A stretch of DNA of 64,000 nucleotides from an uncultured Gammaproteobacteria bacterium (GCA_964453605.1 CAYVOI010000001.1:241627-305626); one strand, 5' to 3'. Shown: positions 39,416 to 48,651, counted from the first letter of the stretch. Translations and numbers: made by a program. Notes: generated from the sequence alone by a model not told the origin.

Positions 39416-39731
39416 TATGCCCAGTAACAAAACTTCGCATGTTCTTCTATACCTACCTACTTCAGAGCGCTAAAGACGGTAAGCACTATATCGGCTTTAC
39501 AAAAGATTTACGCGGTCGGATTGAAGAACACAATGCAGGTAAGAGTTTTGCAACGAGACCTCGGGTGCCATTAGTCCTTGTTTACTATGAAGCGTGTCGA
39601 AGTGAACAAGATGCCAAACAGCGGGAGAAGTACCTCAAAACTACAGCCGGCCGTAGGTTCCTGGCCAAGCGTCTTCGACGTTTTCGATTGCTGAGTTTGG
39701 CATCTTGGTGAAGTTATTGTTACTGGGTATG
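39416..39731 (+). mobile_element. Start-codon hairpin element, copy 8, carrying a GIY-YIG nuclease (before map)
   Basis: TATGCCCAGTAACAAAACTTCGC...GTGAAGTTATTGTTACTGGGTATG inverted arms around the nuclease ORF. Confidence 0.8.
39439..39711 (+). CDS. GIY-YIG nuclease family protein
   Basis: YTYLL...YIGFT.DL..R..EHN.G...T.....LVYYE......A..RE..LK. Confidence 0.92.
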   Translation: MFFYTYLLQSAKDGKHYIGFTKDLRGRIEEHNAGKSFATRPRVPLVLVYYEACRSEQDAKQREKYLKTTAGRRFLAKRLRRFRLLSLASW

Positions 39732-40496
39732 TCGAGTTTAGTAAAAACTAAAGCCGAAGTTGCCACCATGCGTGCGGGGGGTAAAATTTTAGCCCAAGTT
39801 TTAGCCGAAGTTGCCGCGGTGGTACAGCCTGGCGTTACCACGGGCGAGCTCAATAAGCTGGCGGAGACAAGGCTTCGTGCCCTGGGCGCTACGCCATCAT
39901 TTTTAAACTACGGTGCTGAAGCAGGTAACCCATTCCCGGCTACGTTGTGCACTTCAGTTAACAACGCGGTGGTACACGGTATACCCTCTGACTACCAGCG
40001 TTTAGTGGAAGGGGATATTGTAGGTCTTGATATAGGCTGCTGGTACGATGGGCTCTGCACCGATATGGCCGTCACTGTACCGGTTGGTAAGGTATCAGCT
40101 GAAGCACAGAAGCTTATAGCAGTTACCAAAGAAGCGCTTAAACTTGGCTTAGCACAGGTAAAAGCTGGCGCTAAGTCCGGGGACGTTGGTAGTGCTGTAC
40201 AGGCTTACGTTGAGAAAAATGGGTTTTCAGTAGTTAGGCAGCTGGTGGGGCATGGGGTTGGGCGTGCGGTGCATGAGGAGCCCCAGGTGCCTAACTTTGG
40301 CCGCAAGGGAACTGGCACTGTCCTTGAAGCAGGTATGACGATTGCCGTGGAGCCTATGGTAAATCAAGGCGAGGCAGAGGTGGAAACCCTGGACGACGGT
40401 TGGACCGTGGTAACCTCTGACGGGAGCTTTTCAGCCCACTTCGAGCACACCGTGCTGGTGACCCCTAAGGGTTGTGATATTTTGACTGTGGTATGA
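39729..40496 (+). CDS. map: Methionine aminopeptidase type I
   Basis: SVN..VVHGIP, GHGVG...HEEP, SAHFEHT. Confidence 0.97.
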   Translation: MSSLVKTKAEVATMRAGGKILAQVLAEVAAVVQPGVTTGELNKLAETRLRALGATPSFLNYGAEAGNPFPATLCTSVNNAVVHGIPSDYQRLVEGDIVGLDIGCWYDGLCTDMAVTVPVGKVSAEAQKLIAVTKEALKLGLAQVKAGAKSGDVGSAVQAYVEKNGFSVVRQLVGHGVGRAVHEEPQVPNFGRKGTGTVLEAGMTIAVEPMVNQGEAEVETLDDGWTVVTSDGSFSAHFEHTVLVTPKGCDILTVV

Positions 40497-40885
40497 AAAT
40501 TTTGAGTATTGATTACGGTGAGCGGCGGGTGGGGTTGGCGGTGGGGGATACCGAAACCAAGTTGGCGTTGCCTTATGGCACTCTGGAACGGCTGAGCGAC
40601 GAGACGCTCATAGTGCAGCTGGAACAGATTGTGGCTGAAGAGGGTATTGAGCGTATTGTAGTTGGTGAACCGTTGGGGACTGACGGTCGTAGCACTGCTC
40701 AAACTGAAAGCGCTCGCGAGTTCGCGCTAGGGCTCAAAGCGCAGGTGGCAGTGCCTGTAGAGTTGTTTGACGAGCGCTTTACCAGTCAGCGCGCCGACGC
40801 GGCCGGAGGCTCGGGCGGTAAGGTGCGCGGGCGCGATGAACTGGCGGCTATGTTCTTGCTGCAGGATTATCTGGAGCGTAACTAA
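40493..40885 (+). CDS. ruvX: YqgF/RuvX family nuclease
   Basis: IDYGERRVGLA, VVGEP, DERFTS, D..AA...LQ.YL. Confidence 0.92.
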   Translation: MKILSIDYGERRVGLAVGDTETKLALPYGTLERLSDETLIVQLEQIVAEEGIERIVVGEPLGTDGRSTAQTESAREFALGLKAQVAVPVELFDERFTSQRADAAGGSGGKVRGRDELAAMFLLQDYLERN

Positions 40886-40888
40886 CCT

Positions 40889-41920
40889 ATGGCGCTGTCG
40901 GTTGCAGCCATAACGTTAGCCTTTGTACTCACGGCGGAGCTCACGTTCTACGTACGGCACTGGGCCTGGCGCCGTAACATTGTTGATGAACCTAACCTGC
41001 CGCGGAAAGTCCACACTCAAGCTACTGCGCTCCTCGGGGGCGTGTCTATTTACGTAAGCGTCAGCCTGGTCGCCTTGACGTTCGCCCTTACCACCCATGC
41101 GATTATTGGTAAAGACATAAGCTGGGCGCAGCTCCTGGCAGTGACTTTCGGGGGTGGGCTTATTATGTACGGCGGCTGGCGCGACGATGCCTTTGGCTTG
41201 TCGGCAGGGAGGCAGCTCGTGTGGCCCATCTTGGCGGCCCTGGTCGCGGTGGCAGCTGGCATTGGCCCTAAGGTGTTGAGTAGCCCGTGGGGTGGGTTTG
41301 TGCACCTTGGCGCAGTGGCCTCAGCCGCCCTAGCGTTCGCCTGGCTCATGGGTATGATGTACACCACCAAGCTCCTTGATGGGTTGGACGGCCTGGCTAC
41401 CGGCATTAGCGCCATCGGTAGCTTTATTATTTTTGGGCTAACGCAGTTCACACCGTTCTACCAACCATCAGTTGGTTTGCTGGCGCTAGCACTTGGTGGG
41501 GCTGCTTTAGGGTTTTTAGTCTGGAACTGGCACCCTGCTAAAATTTTCCTTGGAGAAGGAGGAAGCCTATACTTAGGTTTCATGCTCGGCGTGCTCTCCA
41601 TAATATCCGGCGCTAAAATAGCCACCGCGCTCTTGGTTATGGGTATTCCCATCCTTGACGTGGCTTGGGTCATAGTACGCCGGTTGTTTTGGGATAAAAA
41701 GAGTTTGGTGGAAGGCGACAGGAAACACCTGCACTACCGCCTGCTCGACGTTGGTCTTTCTCACCAACAGGCCGTTTTACTCCTCTATGCCTTGGCGACA
41801 ACTTTTGGGGTCGCCTCATTATTTTTAGGTACCACAGGTAAGGTCGTAGCTCTTGGGTTGTTATTGGGTGTGATGTTTACGCTAGGCGTGGTTACCGTTT
41901 CTCGTTTGCAAAAAAAATAG
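40889..41920 (+). CDS. MraY/WecA/TagO-family polyprenyl-phosphate sugar-1-phosphate transferase
   Basis: DGLDGLA, PAKIFLG, HLHYRL, multi-TM. Confidence 0.9.
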   Translation: MALSVAAITLAFVLTAELTFYVRHWAWRRNIVDEPNLPRKVHTQATALLGGVSIYVSVSLVALTFALTTHAIIGKDISWAQLLAVTFGGGLIMYGGWRDDAFGLSAGRQLVWPILAALVAVAAGIGPKVLSSPWGGFVHLGAVASAALAFAWLMGMMYTTKLLDGLDGLATGISAIGSFIIFGLTQFTPFYQPSVGLLALALGGAALGFLVWNWHPAKIFLGEGGSLYLGFMLGVLSIISGAKIATALLVMGIPILDVAWVIVRRLFWDKKSLVEGDRKHLHYRLLDVGLSHQQAVLLLYALATTFGVASLFLGTTGKVVALGLLLGVMFTLGVVTVSRLQKK

Positions 41921-41972
41921 GCCCCAACGTGTTTCCATTGGAGCCTAGTACTTCTACCTCACCATCGCACCA

Positions 41973-42440
41973 TCAGGCGCGCTTGCGTTGCTTGTTCTGG
42001 AGCTGATTGACCCGCTGGACGCCAATCTCGTACCCCTGGTCGAGGATCGTGTCCTTCGCGCCGATCTCCCTCAGCTTCCGCCGGATTTCTTCGAGGTCAA
42101 GGGCCCCGGCGTTGCGCGCGACCGCATCGGCCACCTGCTCCCGGAAGAAATCGGTCATCTTGACCCCGGTGGGTTTGAGTTTCACGAGTTTGTGGACAAG
42201 AGTGTCGAAGTGGATCCAGTCGTACTTGATGATCGCGTCGCTCATGGCCTCGAGGGTCTCCTTGACGCATCCGTTAGTGTCCTGTAGGTGCAGGCAGTTA
42301 TCGTGGATTGGGTCAGGCGTCTGGTCGTCCGCCACCCGGTGGCCACCAGGGGTAGTTACCTTGATCGGGGTTCTTGACCCGTTGCGGCTCTGGGCGTTCA
42401 ACCGTAGGATGAGGTCGGGAAAAACGTGCAGTTCTTTCAT
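41973..42440 (-). CDS. Hypothetical protein
   Basis: 155-aa ORF with AGGAG upstream and an AT-rich promoter-like region. Confidence 0.6.
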   Translation of the reverse strand: MKELHVFPDLILRLNAQSRNGSRTPIKVTTPGGHRVADDQTPDPIHDNCLHLQDTNGCVKETLEAMSDAIIKYDWIHFDTLVHKLVKLKPTGVKMTDFFREQVADAVARNAGALDLEEIRRKLREIGAKDTILDQGYEIGVQRVNQLQNKQRKRA

Positions 42441-42661
42441 GGCATCTCCTGTGTATGGTGGATGGGGTTATGTTAATTAGTTATGTTTGTTACTTAAAAA
42501 ACTTATTTTCAAATTCTTTTCACTATATACTAAATAAATAAGGGTGTCAAGAAATGAACTGCAAAGGTTCCGAAGGGGCCACGGTTGACCCCAGGATTGA
42601 CAGGATTACCTGTATTAAGTACTATAATTGGGCAGTGTTTCAGAGTTTATTCATGAATCTT

Positions 42662-42973
42662 ATGTCTACTATTGCAGTAGTAAAAACCGGCGGGAAGCAG
42701 TACGTGGTCCGCGAGGGCGATGTGCTGAAGGTGGAAAAGCTCGCCGCAGCTGATGGTACAATAGTCTTTACTGATGTATTGCTCAAGGCCGCAGCTGATG
42801 GTAGTTCAGTAGAGCTCGGGCAACCGCGTGTTAAGGCTACCGTAACCGGCAGCGTCACCAAGCAGGGCCGTGCCAAGAAGGTTTTGGTGGTGCACTACAA
42901 GGCCAAGGTGAGGTACCACAAGAAGTACGGCCACCGTCAGCCATTCACCGAGGTTAAGATCGATAAACTATAA
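42662..42973 (+). CDS. rplU: 50S ribosomal protein L21
   Basis: AVVKTGGKQY.V, GHRQPFT. Confidence 0.97.
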   Translation: MSTIAVVKTGGKQYVVREGDVLKVEKLAAADGTIVFTDVLLKAAADGSSVELGQPRVKATVTGSVTKQGRAKKVLVVHYKAKVRYHKKYGHRQPFTEVKIDKL

Positions 42974-43013
42974 AAGCCTTAGGAGGGCGCTTACCATTAA
43001 GCTGCAAACGCTT

Positions 43014-43097
43014 ATGACATGTACTAAGTGTGGTCAAGAGGGCTGCGCTTGCGACACGAGCGGCGAGTGCAACTGCAACGAGAGCTGCCCTTGTTAG
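43014..43097 (+). CDS. 27-aa Cys-rich metallothionein-like peptide
   Basis: MTCTKCGQEGCACDTSGECNCNESCPC (8 Cys), TATG start, followed by terminator. Confidence 0.6.
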   Translation: MTCTKCGQEGCACDTSGECNCNESCPC

Positions 43098-43109
43098 TTT
43101 GGTCCTAGA

Positions 43110-43144
43110 AAAAACAGTCCGCCCACAGGGGCGGACTGTTTTTA
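43110..43144. terminator. Bidirectional intrinsic terminator
   Basis: AAAAACAGTCCGCCC-ACAG-GGGCGGACTGTTTTT. Confidence 0.8.
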
Positions 43145-43152
43145 TGTTCCTG

Positions 43153-43752
43153 TTACACTTCCCGCCGGCCGGTGAGAGCGCTCTCCAAAGTTACCTCGTC
43201 AGCGTACTCCAGGTCAGCCCCTACCGGCAGGCCTTGGGCCAGGCGGGTGACCTTAATGCCCAACGGTTTTATCAGCTGCGCCAGGTAGAGTGCCGTGGTT
43301 TCGCCATCTAGGTTGGGGTTAAGGGCTAGTATAACTTCCTTAACCCCGTTAGCTTTGAGTCGCTGAGTCAAGGCTGGCACCGTCAGCTTGTCAGGTGTCA
43401 CCCCCTCCAGTGGGCTCACTAAGCCCCCGAGCACATGGTAGCGCCCGTGGAAGGCGCCGGTTTTCTCTAAGACCGGTATGTTCTGGCTCTCGGCCACTAC
43501 GCAAATAGTCGTTTTGTCCCGCCTTTGGTCAGTGCAAATAGGGCAGGGGTTTTGGTCCGTAAAGCGGTGACACTCTGAGCACGTTGTGACCTGCTCTTGT
43601 ACGTGCCGTAAGCTCTGGGCCATAGCTTCAAGCTCCTCTTTGGGCTGTTTCAAGAGGTAGTACACTAGGCGTTCAGCGGTTTTAGGGCCAATGCCAGGTA
43701 GCTTGGTGAACTCTTGCAGCAGCTGCTCAAGTGCGCGCGGGGTAGGGGACAT
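43153..43752 (-). CDS. recR: Recombination mediator RecR
   Basis: LPGIGPKTA.R, C4 zinc finger, YHVLGG, EYAD..TL. Confidence 0.96.
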   Translation of the reverse strand: MSPTPRALEQLLQEFTKLPGIGPKTAERLVYYLLKQPKEELEAMAQSLRHVQEQVTTCSECHRFTDQNPCPICTDQRRDKTTICVVAESQNIPVLEKTGAFHGRYHVLGGLVSPLEGVTPDKLTVPALTQRLKANGVKEVILALNPNLDGETTALYLAQLIKPLGIKVTRLAQGLPVGADLEYADEVTLESALTGRREV

Positions 43753-43864
43753 GGAAAACAAAATTCAAAGCAGGTTAGTGTCTTAAGTATATCGGAAATA
43801 TTGGTCATTGCGAAGCCCTGTAGTTGTGCGACGCACATACTTCAGGGCGTGCTATACTAACTCT

Positions 43865-44338
43865 ATGTCCAAAGTCCTCATTGTCTACGGCACCAACTCG
43901 TCCAACACCTACGTTACGGCTGGTCTGGTAGCCAGCGAGCTGAAGGCGGGAGGTTTTGAGGTTACGGTGGTGCCAGCCAGCGAGGCCAGTGCGGCTACCC
44001 TCGAGCCGTACGATTTGGTAGTACTTGGCTCATGCACCTGGAGCAAACCCGCACCCGACGGCCATGAACTGCAGGGGCAGCTGCAAGAGCTGTTTGAGCA
44101 CTTTGCCGAAGGCCTCAAGGGCAAAGAGTTTCCGGGTAAAAAGTTTGCTGTGTTTGGCTTAGGCGACAGCCGCTACACAGAATTTTGTGCGGCAGCTGAT
44201 AAGCTTGAACAGCTGGTTAAAGATGTGAAAGGCGAACAGGTAGGCCCGAGCCTTAGGGTAGATGGTATGCCCCAGAAACAAGAAGAGGTTATAAAAACCT
44301 GGGCCAGGGGTATTGCTCAAGCCTTCCAAGCTGCCTAA
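43865..44338 (+). CDS. Flavodoxin
   Basis: IVYGT..SNT, LGSCTW, AVFGLGD..Y..FC. Confidence 0.9.
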   Translation: MSKVLIVYGTNSSNTYVTAGLVASELKAGGFEVTVVPASEASAATLEPYDLVVLGSCTWSKPAPDGHELQGQLQELFEHFAEGLKGKEFPGKKFAVFGLGDSRYTEFCAAADKLEQLVKDVKGEQVGPSLRVDGMPQKQEEVIKTWARGIAQAFQAA

Positions 44339-44344
44339 TGCTCA

Positions 44345-44914
44345 CTATTGAGTAGAGCGTTTGAGGTGTGGTGCTATGTCTGTGCTGGTGCATCCGCCCC
44401 ACAGGCCTAAGTGTTTTGTTCGTGCTTCCTCTTGTGCGGCGTGGAACTCGGCTTCATGAGCCACGTCCGGCGGATAGGGGTAGGCATACGCATAGCCCTG
44501 GCGCACCAGCTCTAAGTTTACAAATACATCACCCTGGTAGACGTAGCGCAGGAACCGGTCATACTTGTCCCGGTCCTCGACGTCGGCCACCAGTGTAACC
44601 TCTTTACCCTCTACCAGTTCTTTGTTCTGCTTTGATGCTTCTTTGCCAAAGCACTGGACTGGTTTTCTGGGGTCCACTGTTTCTGGTGTATCTATGCCTA
44701 TGTAGCGCACACGGTCGCCACTCGTTAGCTCAACGGTATCACCATCTACCACGCGCGCTACCGTAGCCTTGCCCTGGTAGCCATCGGGCAGCCTGGGGCC
44801 GGCGAGGGGCAGGTGCGTGCCGGCTGGCAACTGAACACCGCTCTGCCACAGCAGCAGTAGCACTACCGCAATAAATCCAGCGCCGTAGATAGTGGTTCGT
44901 TTTAGCGTAAGCAT
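44345..44914 (-). CDS. Thermonuclease (SNase) family protein
   Basis: VVDGDT, RYIGIDTPE, D.Y.R.LRYV, GLW. Confidence 0.92.
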   Translation of the reverse strand: MLTLKRTTIYGAGFIAVVLLLLWQSGVQLPAGTHLPLAGPRLPDGYQGKATVARVVDGDTVELTSGDRVRYIGIDTPETVDPRKPVQCFGKEASKQNKELVEGKEVTLVADVEDRDKYDRFLRYVYQGDVFVNLELVRQGYAYAYPYPPDVAHEAEFHAAQEEARTKHLGLWGGCTSTDIAPHLKRSTQ

Positions 44915-45011
44915 AGTAGGGGGTGCTGCCCGCATTGACAGCGGAGGTGCCTGCTACTAGGATAGCGCTATAAGCGTTCTTTTCAAACACACCTAACAAC
45001 TGAGGACTGCC

Positions 45012-45302
45012 ATGAGCCGAAAAAAGTATGAACACCCCCCGCATGAGCAGCTGCTTAAGCGTCTGCAGCACCAGTACACCATCTACGCCACGTCGGAAGA
45101 TGAACACCAGGTGCTGTACGCACAGCTCAAAATAAAAGACCTGTGCCGCCAGCTCCGTGAGGTCGAACTCCCAGCGCGTGTGGTGGCGAAATGCATTAGG
45201 GCGCTCGAGCGCCTGCAGGCTAGCCCCCGCCTGCTGGAGGTACGGTACCCCGAAGGCGAAGCGGCCCTAGTAGAAACTATTTCATTTTTGAGTGCAACCT
45301 AA
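45012..45302 (+). CDS. Hypothetical protein
   Basis: 96-aa ORF with GAGGA upstream and terminator downstream. Confidence 0.6.
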   Translation: MSRKKYEHPPHEQLLKRLQHQYTIYATSEDEHQVLYAQLKIKDLCRQLREVELPARVVAKCIRALERLQASPRLLEVRYPEGEAALVETISFLSAT

Positions 45303-45329
45303 AAAGCCTCGTAACCCACGAGGCTTTTT
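45302..45329. terminator. Bidirectional intrinsic terminator
   Basis: AAAAAGCCTCGT-AACCC-ACGAGGCTTTTT. Confidence 0.75.
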
Positions 45330-45354
45330 ACGTCGTTAAAAGCCATTTTGAGTT

Positions 45355-45663
45355 CTACTTGCTCATCCCCGGCATGTTGATGCCACCGGCCGCGCGCACC
45401 TTTTCTGCCATCACCTTCTGTACCTTTTTATTGGCCTCGCCAATAGCGTCCTTAAGTGCCTTTTCAAGTTCTGTCTTCTTAGCCGGCTGGAGCATCTCAG
45501 GGTCTATCTCAATACCCTCTACTTCTTGATTGCCGCTCATCTTCACCTTGACTTTACCCCAGGCGGCACTCGTTTCTATGTGCTCAGTAGCGAGCATGCC
45601 TTGAATGGTTTTAGCTTGGCTCCGGAGGTCTTTTATCTCTTTGAGTTTGGAAAACATGGACAT
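45355..45663 (-). CDS. YbaB/EbfC nucleoid-associated protein
   Basis: G.VKVKMSG.QEV..IEIDP pattern; near recR. Confidence 0.88.
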   Translation of the reverse strand: MSMFSKLKEIKDLRSQAKTIQGMLATEHIETSAAWGKVKVKMSGNQEVEGIEIDPEMLQPAKKTELEKALKDAIGEANKKVQKVMAEKVRAAGGINMPGMSK

Positions 45664-45691
45664 AAGGTTTTGGTAAAGAAACAGTTAAAAG

Positions 45692-47086
45692 TTAGGCTAG
45701 TGGTTGAGGCGGGGGAGCGGCCATGGACTTTTCCAAGTTGCGGAAGGTGACGCGGTCCTGGTCAAAGAAGAGTTTAATAACGCCGGTGGGGCCGTTACGG
45801 TGTTTGGCAATGTGAATTTCCGTGAGGTTCCGCTCATCCGCCCCGAGCTCGTCTATTTGGTAGCCCTTGTCGGCTGCTTTGCGGTAGATGAACAGCACCA
45901 CGTCGGCGTCTTGCTCAATAGAGCCTGACTCCCTAAGGTGGGCAAGTTTGGGAATAGCCGGTTTGCTCATTTCCACCGCGCGCGAAAGCTGCGACAGCGC
46001 CAGCACTGGCACATTGAGTTCACGGGCCAAGGCCTTAAGGCCGCGGGTTATTTCCGAAATTTCTTGCACGCGGTTTTCGCTGTTCCGGCCTTCCATAAGC
46101 TGTAGGTAATCAACCAGCACCAGCCCCAGGCCGTGTTCAGCCTGCAGCCGCCTGGCTTTGGTGCGAATTTCCATAACGTTGGCGGTGGCGGAGTCGTCTA
46201 TAAATATCGGCGCCTCCGACAGCACGCCCATGGCGTGGCCAATGCGGGGGAAGTCGTCTTCGCGTTCCGAGAGTTTGCCTGTGCGCATGCGCCACATATC
46301 TACCCCAGCCTCGGCGCTGAGGAGCCTATCCACCAGTTGCTCCTTAGACATTTCCAGGGAGAATATTCCGACCGGTACCTTTTGCTTGGTGGCAACTGAC
46401 CGTGCGATGTCAAGCGCTAGGGACGTTTTACCCACCGATGGTCTGGCTGCCAGTACCACCAGGTCGCTCTTCTGTAAGCCTGCCAGCAGGTTGTCGAGCG
46501 CGGTAAAGCTGGTGGGGAGTCCGCGGAGCTTGCCTGACTCTTTGTGGAGCTCGTCGATACGGTCAAAGGCTTCATTCAGGACCGACTTTATGGGTATAAA
46601 GTTCTGCTTGTAGTACTTCTGGCTCACGGCGTAGAGTTTGCGCTCGGCCTCATCGAGCAGGTTTTCGGTGTCCTCGGTTTCTTGGTACCCCAAGCCGGTT
46701 ATATCGGCCGCCGCTTGCAACAGTTTACGGAGAGTGCTCTTGCGCTGTACCAACTTAGCATAGTGCACTACGTGGCTTGAGGTGGGCACGGCGTTGGCAA
46801 GTTCGGTGAGGTAGCTGTGCCCGCCTATTTGTTGCAGCTGGCCTTTTTCCTGCAGCTTGCTGGAGAGTGATAAAATGTCAATCGGCTCACGTGCTTCATA
46901 CAGATCGCGCATGGCTTCAAAAATCATACCATGCGCATCGCGGTAGAAATCCGAAGGCTCTATAATGTCCGCCACTTTTATGATGGCGTCTTTGTCTATA
47001 AGCAGTGAGCCTAAGGTGGAAGCCTCGGCCTCTAGGTTTTGCGGCGGTAGCTTGTCGACTGAGCGGTTACTTGGTGCAGCTGACAT
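45692..47086 (-). CDS. dnaB: Replicative DNA helicase
   Basis: ARPSVGKT, VDYLQLM, SQLSR, LRESGSIEQDAD. Confidence 0.97.
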   Translation of the reverse strand: MSAAPSNRSVDKLPPQNLEAEASTLGSLLIDKDAIIKVADIIEPSDFYRDAHGMIFEAMRDLYEAREPIDILSLSSKLQEKGQLQQIGGHSYLTELANAVPTSSHVVHYAKLVQRKSTLRKLLQAAADITGLGYQETEDTENLLDEAERKLYAVSQKYYKQNFIPIKSVLNEAFDRIDELHKESGKLRGLPTSFTALDNLLAGLQKSDLVVLAARPSVGKTSLALDIARSVATKQKVPVGIFSLEMSKEQLVDRLLSAEAGVDMWRMRTGKLSEREDDFPRIGHAMGVLSEAPIFIDDSATANVMEIRTKARRLQAEHGLGLVLVDYLQLMEGRNSENRVQEISEITRGLKALARELNVPVLALSQLSRAVEMSKPAIPKLAHLRESGSIEQDADVVLFIYRKAADKGYQIDELGADERNLTEIHIAKHRNGPTGVIKLFFDQDRVTFRNLEKSMAAPPPQPLA

Positions 47087-47212
47087 AAGTAGGTTTATTG
47101 TAAGTACTTAGTGTGCTTAAAGCAAGATTGCTGAATACACAATTTGTTCACACCGGTTGTGTGTATTCGTTCGACAAGTAGAAGCAAATTATTTACACTA
47201 GTCTTGCCCTTT

Positions 47213-47725
47213 ATGGACAACGATTACGTAATTTTCGATGTTGAAACCACGGGCATGAAGCCCGAGGAGGGCCATGCTATTGTGGAATTGGCGGCCCAGC
47301 GCGTTAGCGGTAGGGACGTGGTGGATACATTTCAGAGCATAGTAAACCCTGGCCGCTTGGTGGACCCTGAAGCTGCGGCCGTGCACGGCATAACCGACGC
47401 CGTAATTGCAGCCGAGGGCAAGCCACTCATAGAGGTGGTGCCGGCGTTCATGCTGTTTAGCGAAGGCGCGACATTGGTGGCGCACAACATTCGCTTTGAC
47501 CTTGGGTTCATGAACCACCATTTGAAAGCCCTTGGCTTGCCGCCGCTTGGTAACCCACTGCTCGACACACTCGACCTCGCGCGGCAGAAAGTGCTGGTCG
47601 CCAGCTACGCGCTGGGGTACTTAGCTAAGCATTTTGCAATTCCTCAACCCACTGCCCACCGCGCGCTCGCTGATGTGGAAGTAACTCGACAACTCCTGTT
47701 TAAGTTGCTGGACTTGAAAAAATAA
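47213..47725 (+). CDS. DEDDh 3'-5' exonuclease (DnaQ-like)
   Basis: FDVETTG, AHN..FD, HRALAD. Confidence 0.92.
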   Translation: MDNDYVIFDVETTGMKPEEGHAIVELAAQRVSGRDVVDTFQSIVNPGRLVDPEAAAVHGITDAVIAAEGKPLIEVVPAFMLFSEGATLVAHNIRFDLGFMNHHLKALGLPPLGNPLLDTLDLARQKVLVASYALGYLAKHFAIPQPTAHRALADVEVTRQLLFKLLDLKK

Positions 47726-47738
47726 TACCAGAAAATTT

Positions 47739-48485
47739 ATGGGAGAACCGAATAATTTTGGCTCAGTCAGTGTTGATTACAATGCTGCCCGCCGTGGGTA
47801 TCCAGGAGAACTTTATAGCTACCTTCACTCTTTAGTCCAACAGGTCACTCCCAATACTCTTGACATTGGCTGCGGAACAGGCATCTCAACTCGTGAGTTA
47901 CAACAGTATGGTTTTAATGTTGTCGGAGTTGATAAAGACCCTGTAATGCTTGAGGCGGCAAGGCAGCGGGGAGGTAACATTTCGTATCTGGTTGCACCGG
48001 CAGATACATTACCTTTTTCAGCAGAGCAATTTGATGTTGGTGTTGCATTCACCGCTTTCCATTGGTTCAACAATCTAGAATCATTGATGGAAATAAGGCG
48101 TGTGTTAAGGCGGGGAGGGGTTTTCTTTGCTGCACTCAAGGGTAACCGTAAGACTGCTGAGACCAAAGATTTTATGGCTGGTTATGAAGCCATACTTGAA
48201 AAGTATGCCGGTAAAAATTTTGATAGCACCAAGAATCATTTTAATACAGGTCTTCTAGCTAAACTATTCACCAATATTACGGAAAAGTCTTTCTACCTAG
48301 ATGAACGCTATACTACTGATGAAGCCTTGACGCTTATTCGTTCACTGAGTATTTGGAATCTAGTTTCTGAGGCAGATAAGCCAAATATGTTACAAGAGCT
48401 TGAAATTTTTTACAAGGGTCACTTAGTCGATGGTTTCGTAGTGAGAAGGCGGGAAATATTTACCATCGTTGCCTATAAGGAATAA
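47739..48485 (+). CDS. Class I SAM-dependent methyltransferase
   Basis: LDIGCGTG, AFHWF. Confidence 0.9.
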   Translation: MGEPNNFGSVSVDYNAARRGYPGELYSYLHSLVQQVTPNTLDIGCGTGISTRELQQYGFNVVGVDKDPVMLEAARQRGGNISYLVAPADTLPFSAEQFDVGVAFTAFHWFNNLESLMEIRRVLRRGGVFFAALKGNRKTAETKDFMAGYEAILEKYAGKNFDSTKNHFNTGLLAKLFTNITEKSFYLDERYTTDEALTLIRSLSIWNLVSEADKPNMLQELEIFYKGHLVDGFVVRRREIFTIVAYKE

Positions 48486-48561
48486 TTAGTACGTGCTTAT
48501 TTAGTCTCGGACTTGAAAAAGTAAGTGAAAGCTACTATAGTTCACACGCAGTTCTTTACAC

Positions 48562-48637
48562 GGGTCCATAGCTCAGTTGGTAGAGCAGCGGCCTTTTAAG
48601 CCGTGTGTCCTGGGTTCGATCCCCAGTGGACCCACCA
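48562..48637 (+). tRNA. tRNA-Lys(TTT)
   Basis: GGGTCCA/TGGACCC acceptor, CTTTTAA loop, GTTCGATCC, CCA. Confidence 0.96.
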
Positions 48638-48651
48638 CCCGTATTAAGACT

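Noticed and set aside
27431-39728. Shared N-terminal extensions [24 protein letters not shown] on L3, L2, L18 and Map in the ORF track
   Set aside because: They come from TTG/GTG codons inside the right arm of the repeat; the family N-termini begin at the element's terminal ATG.
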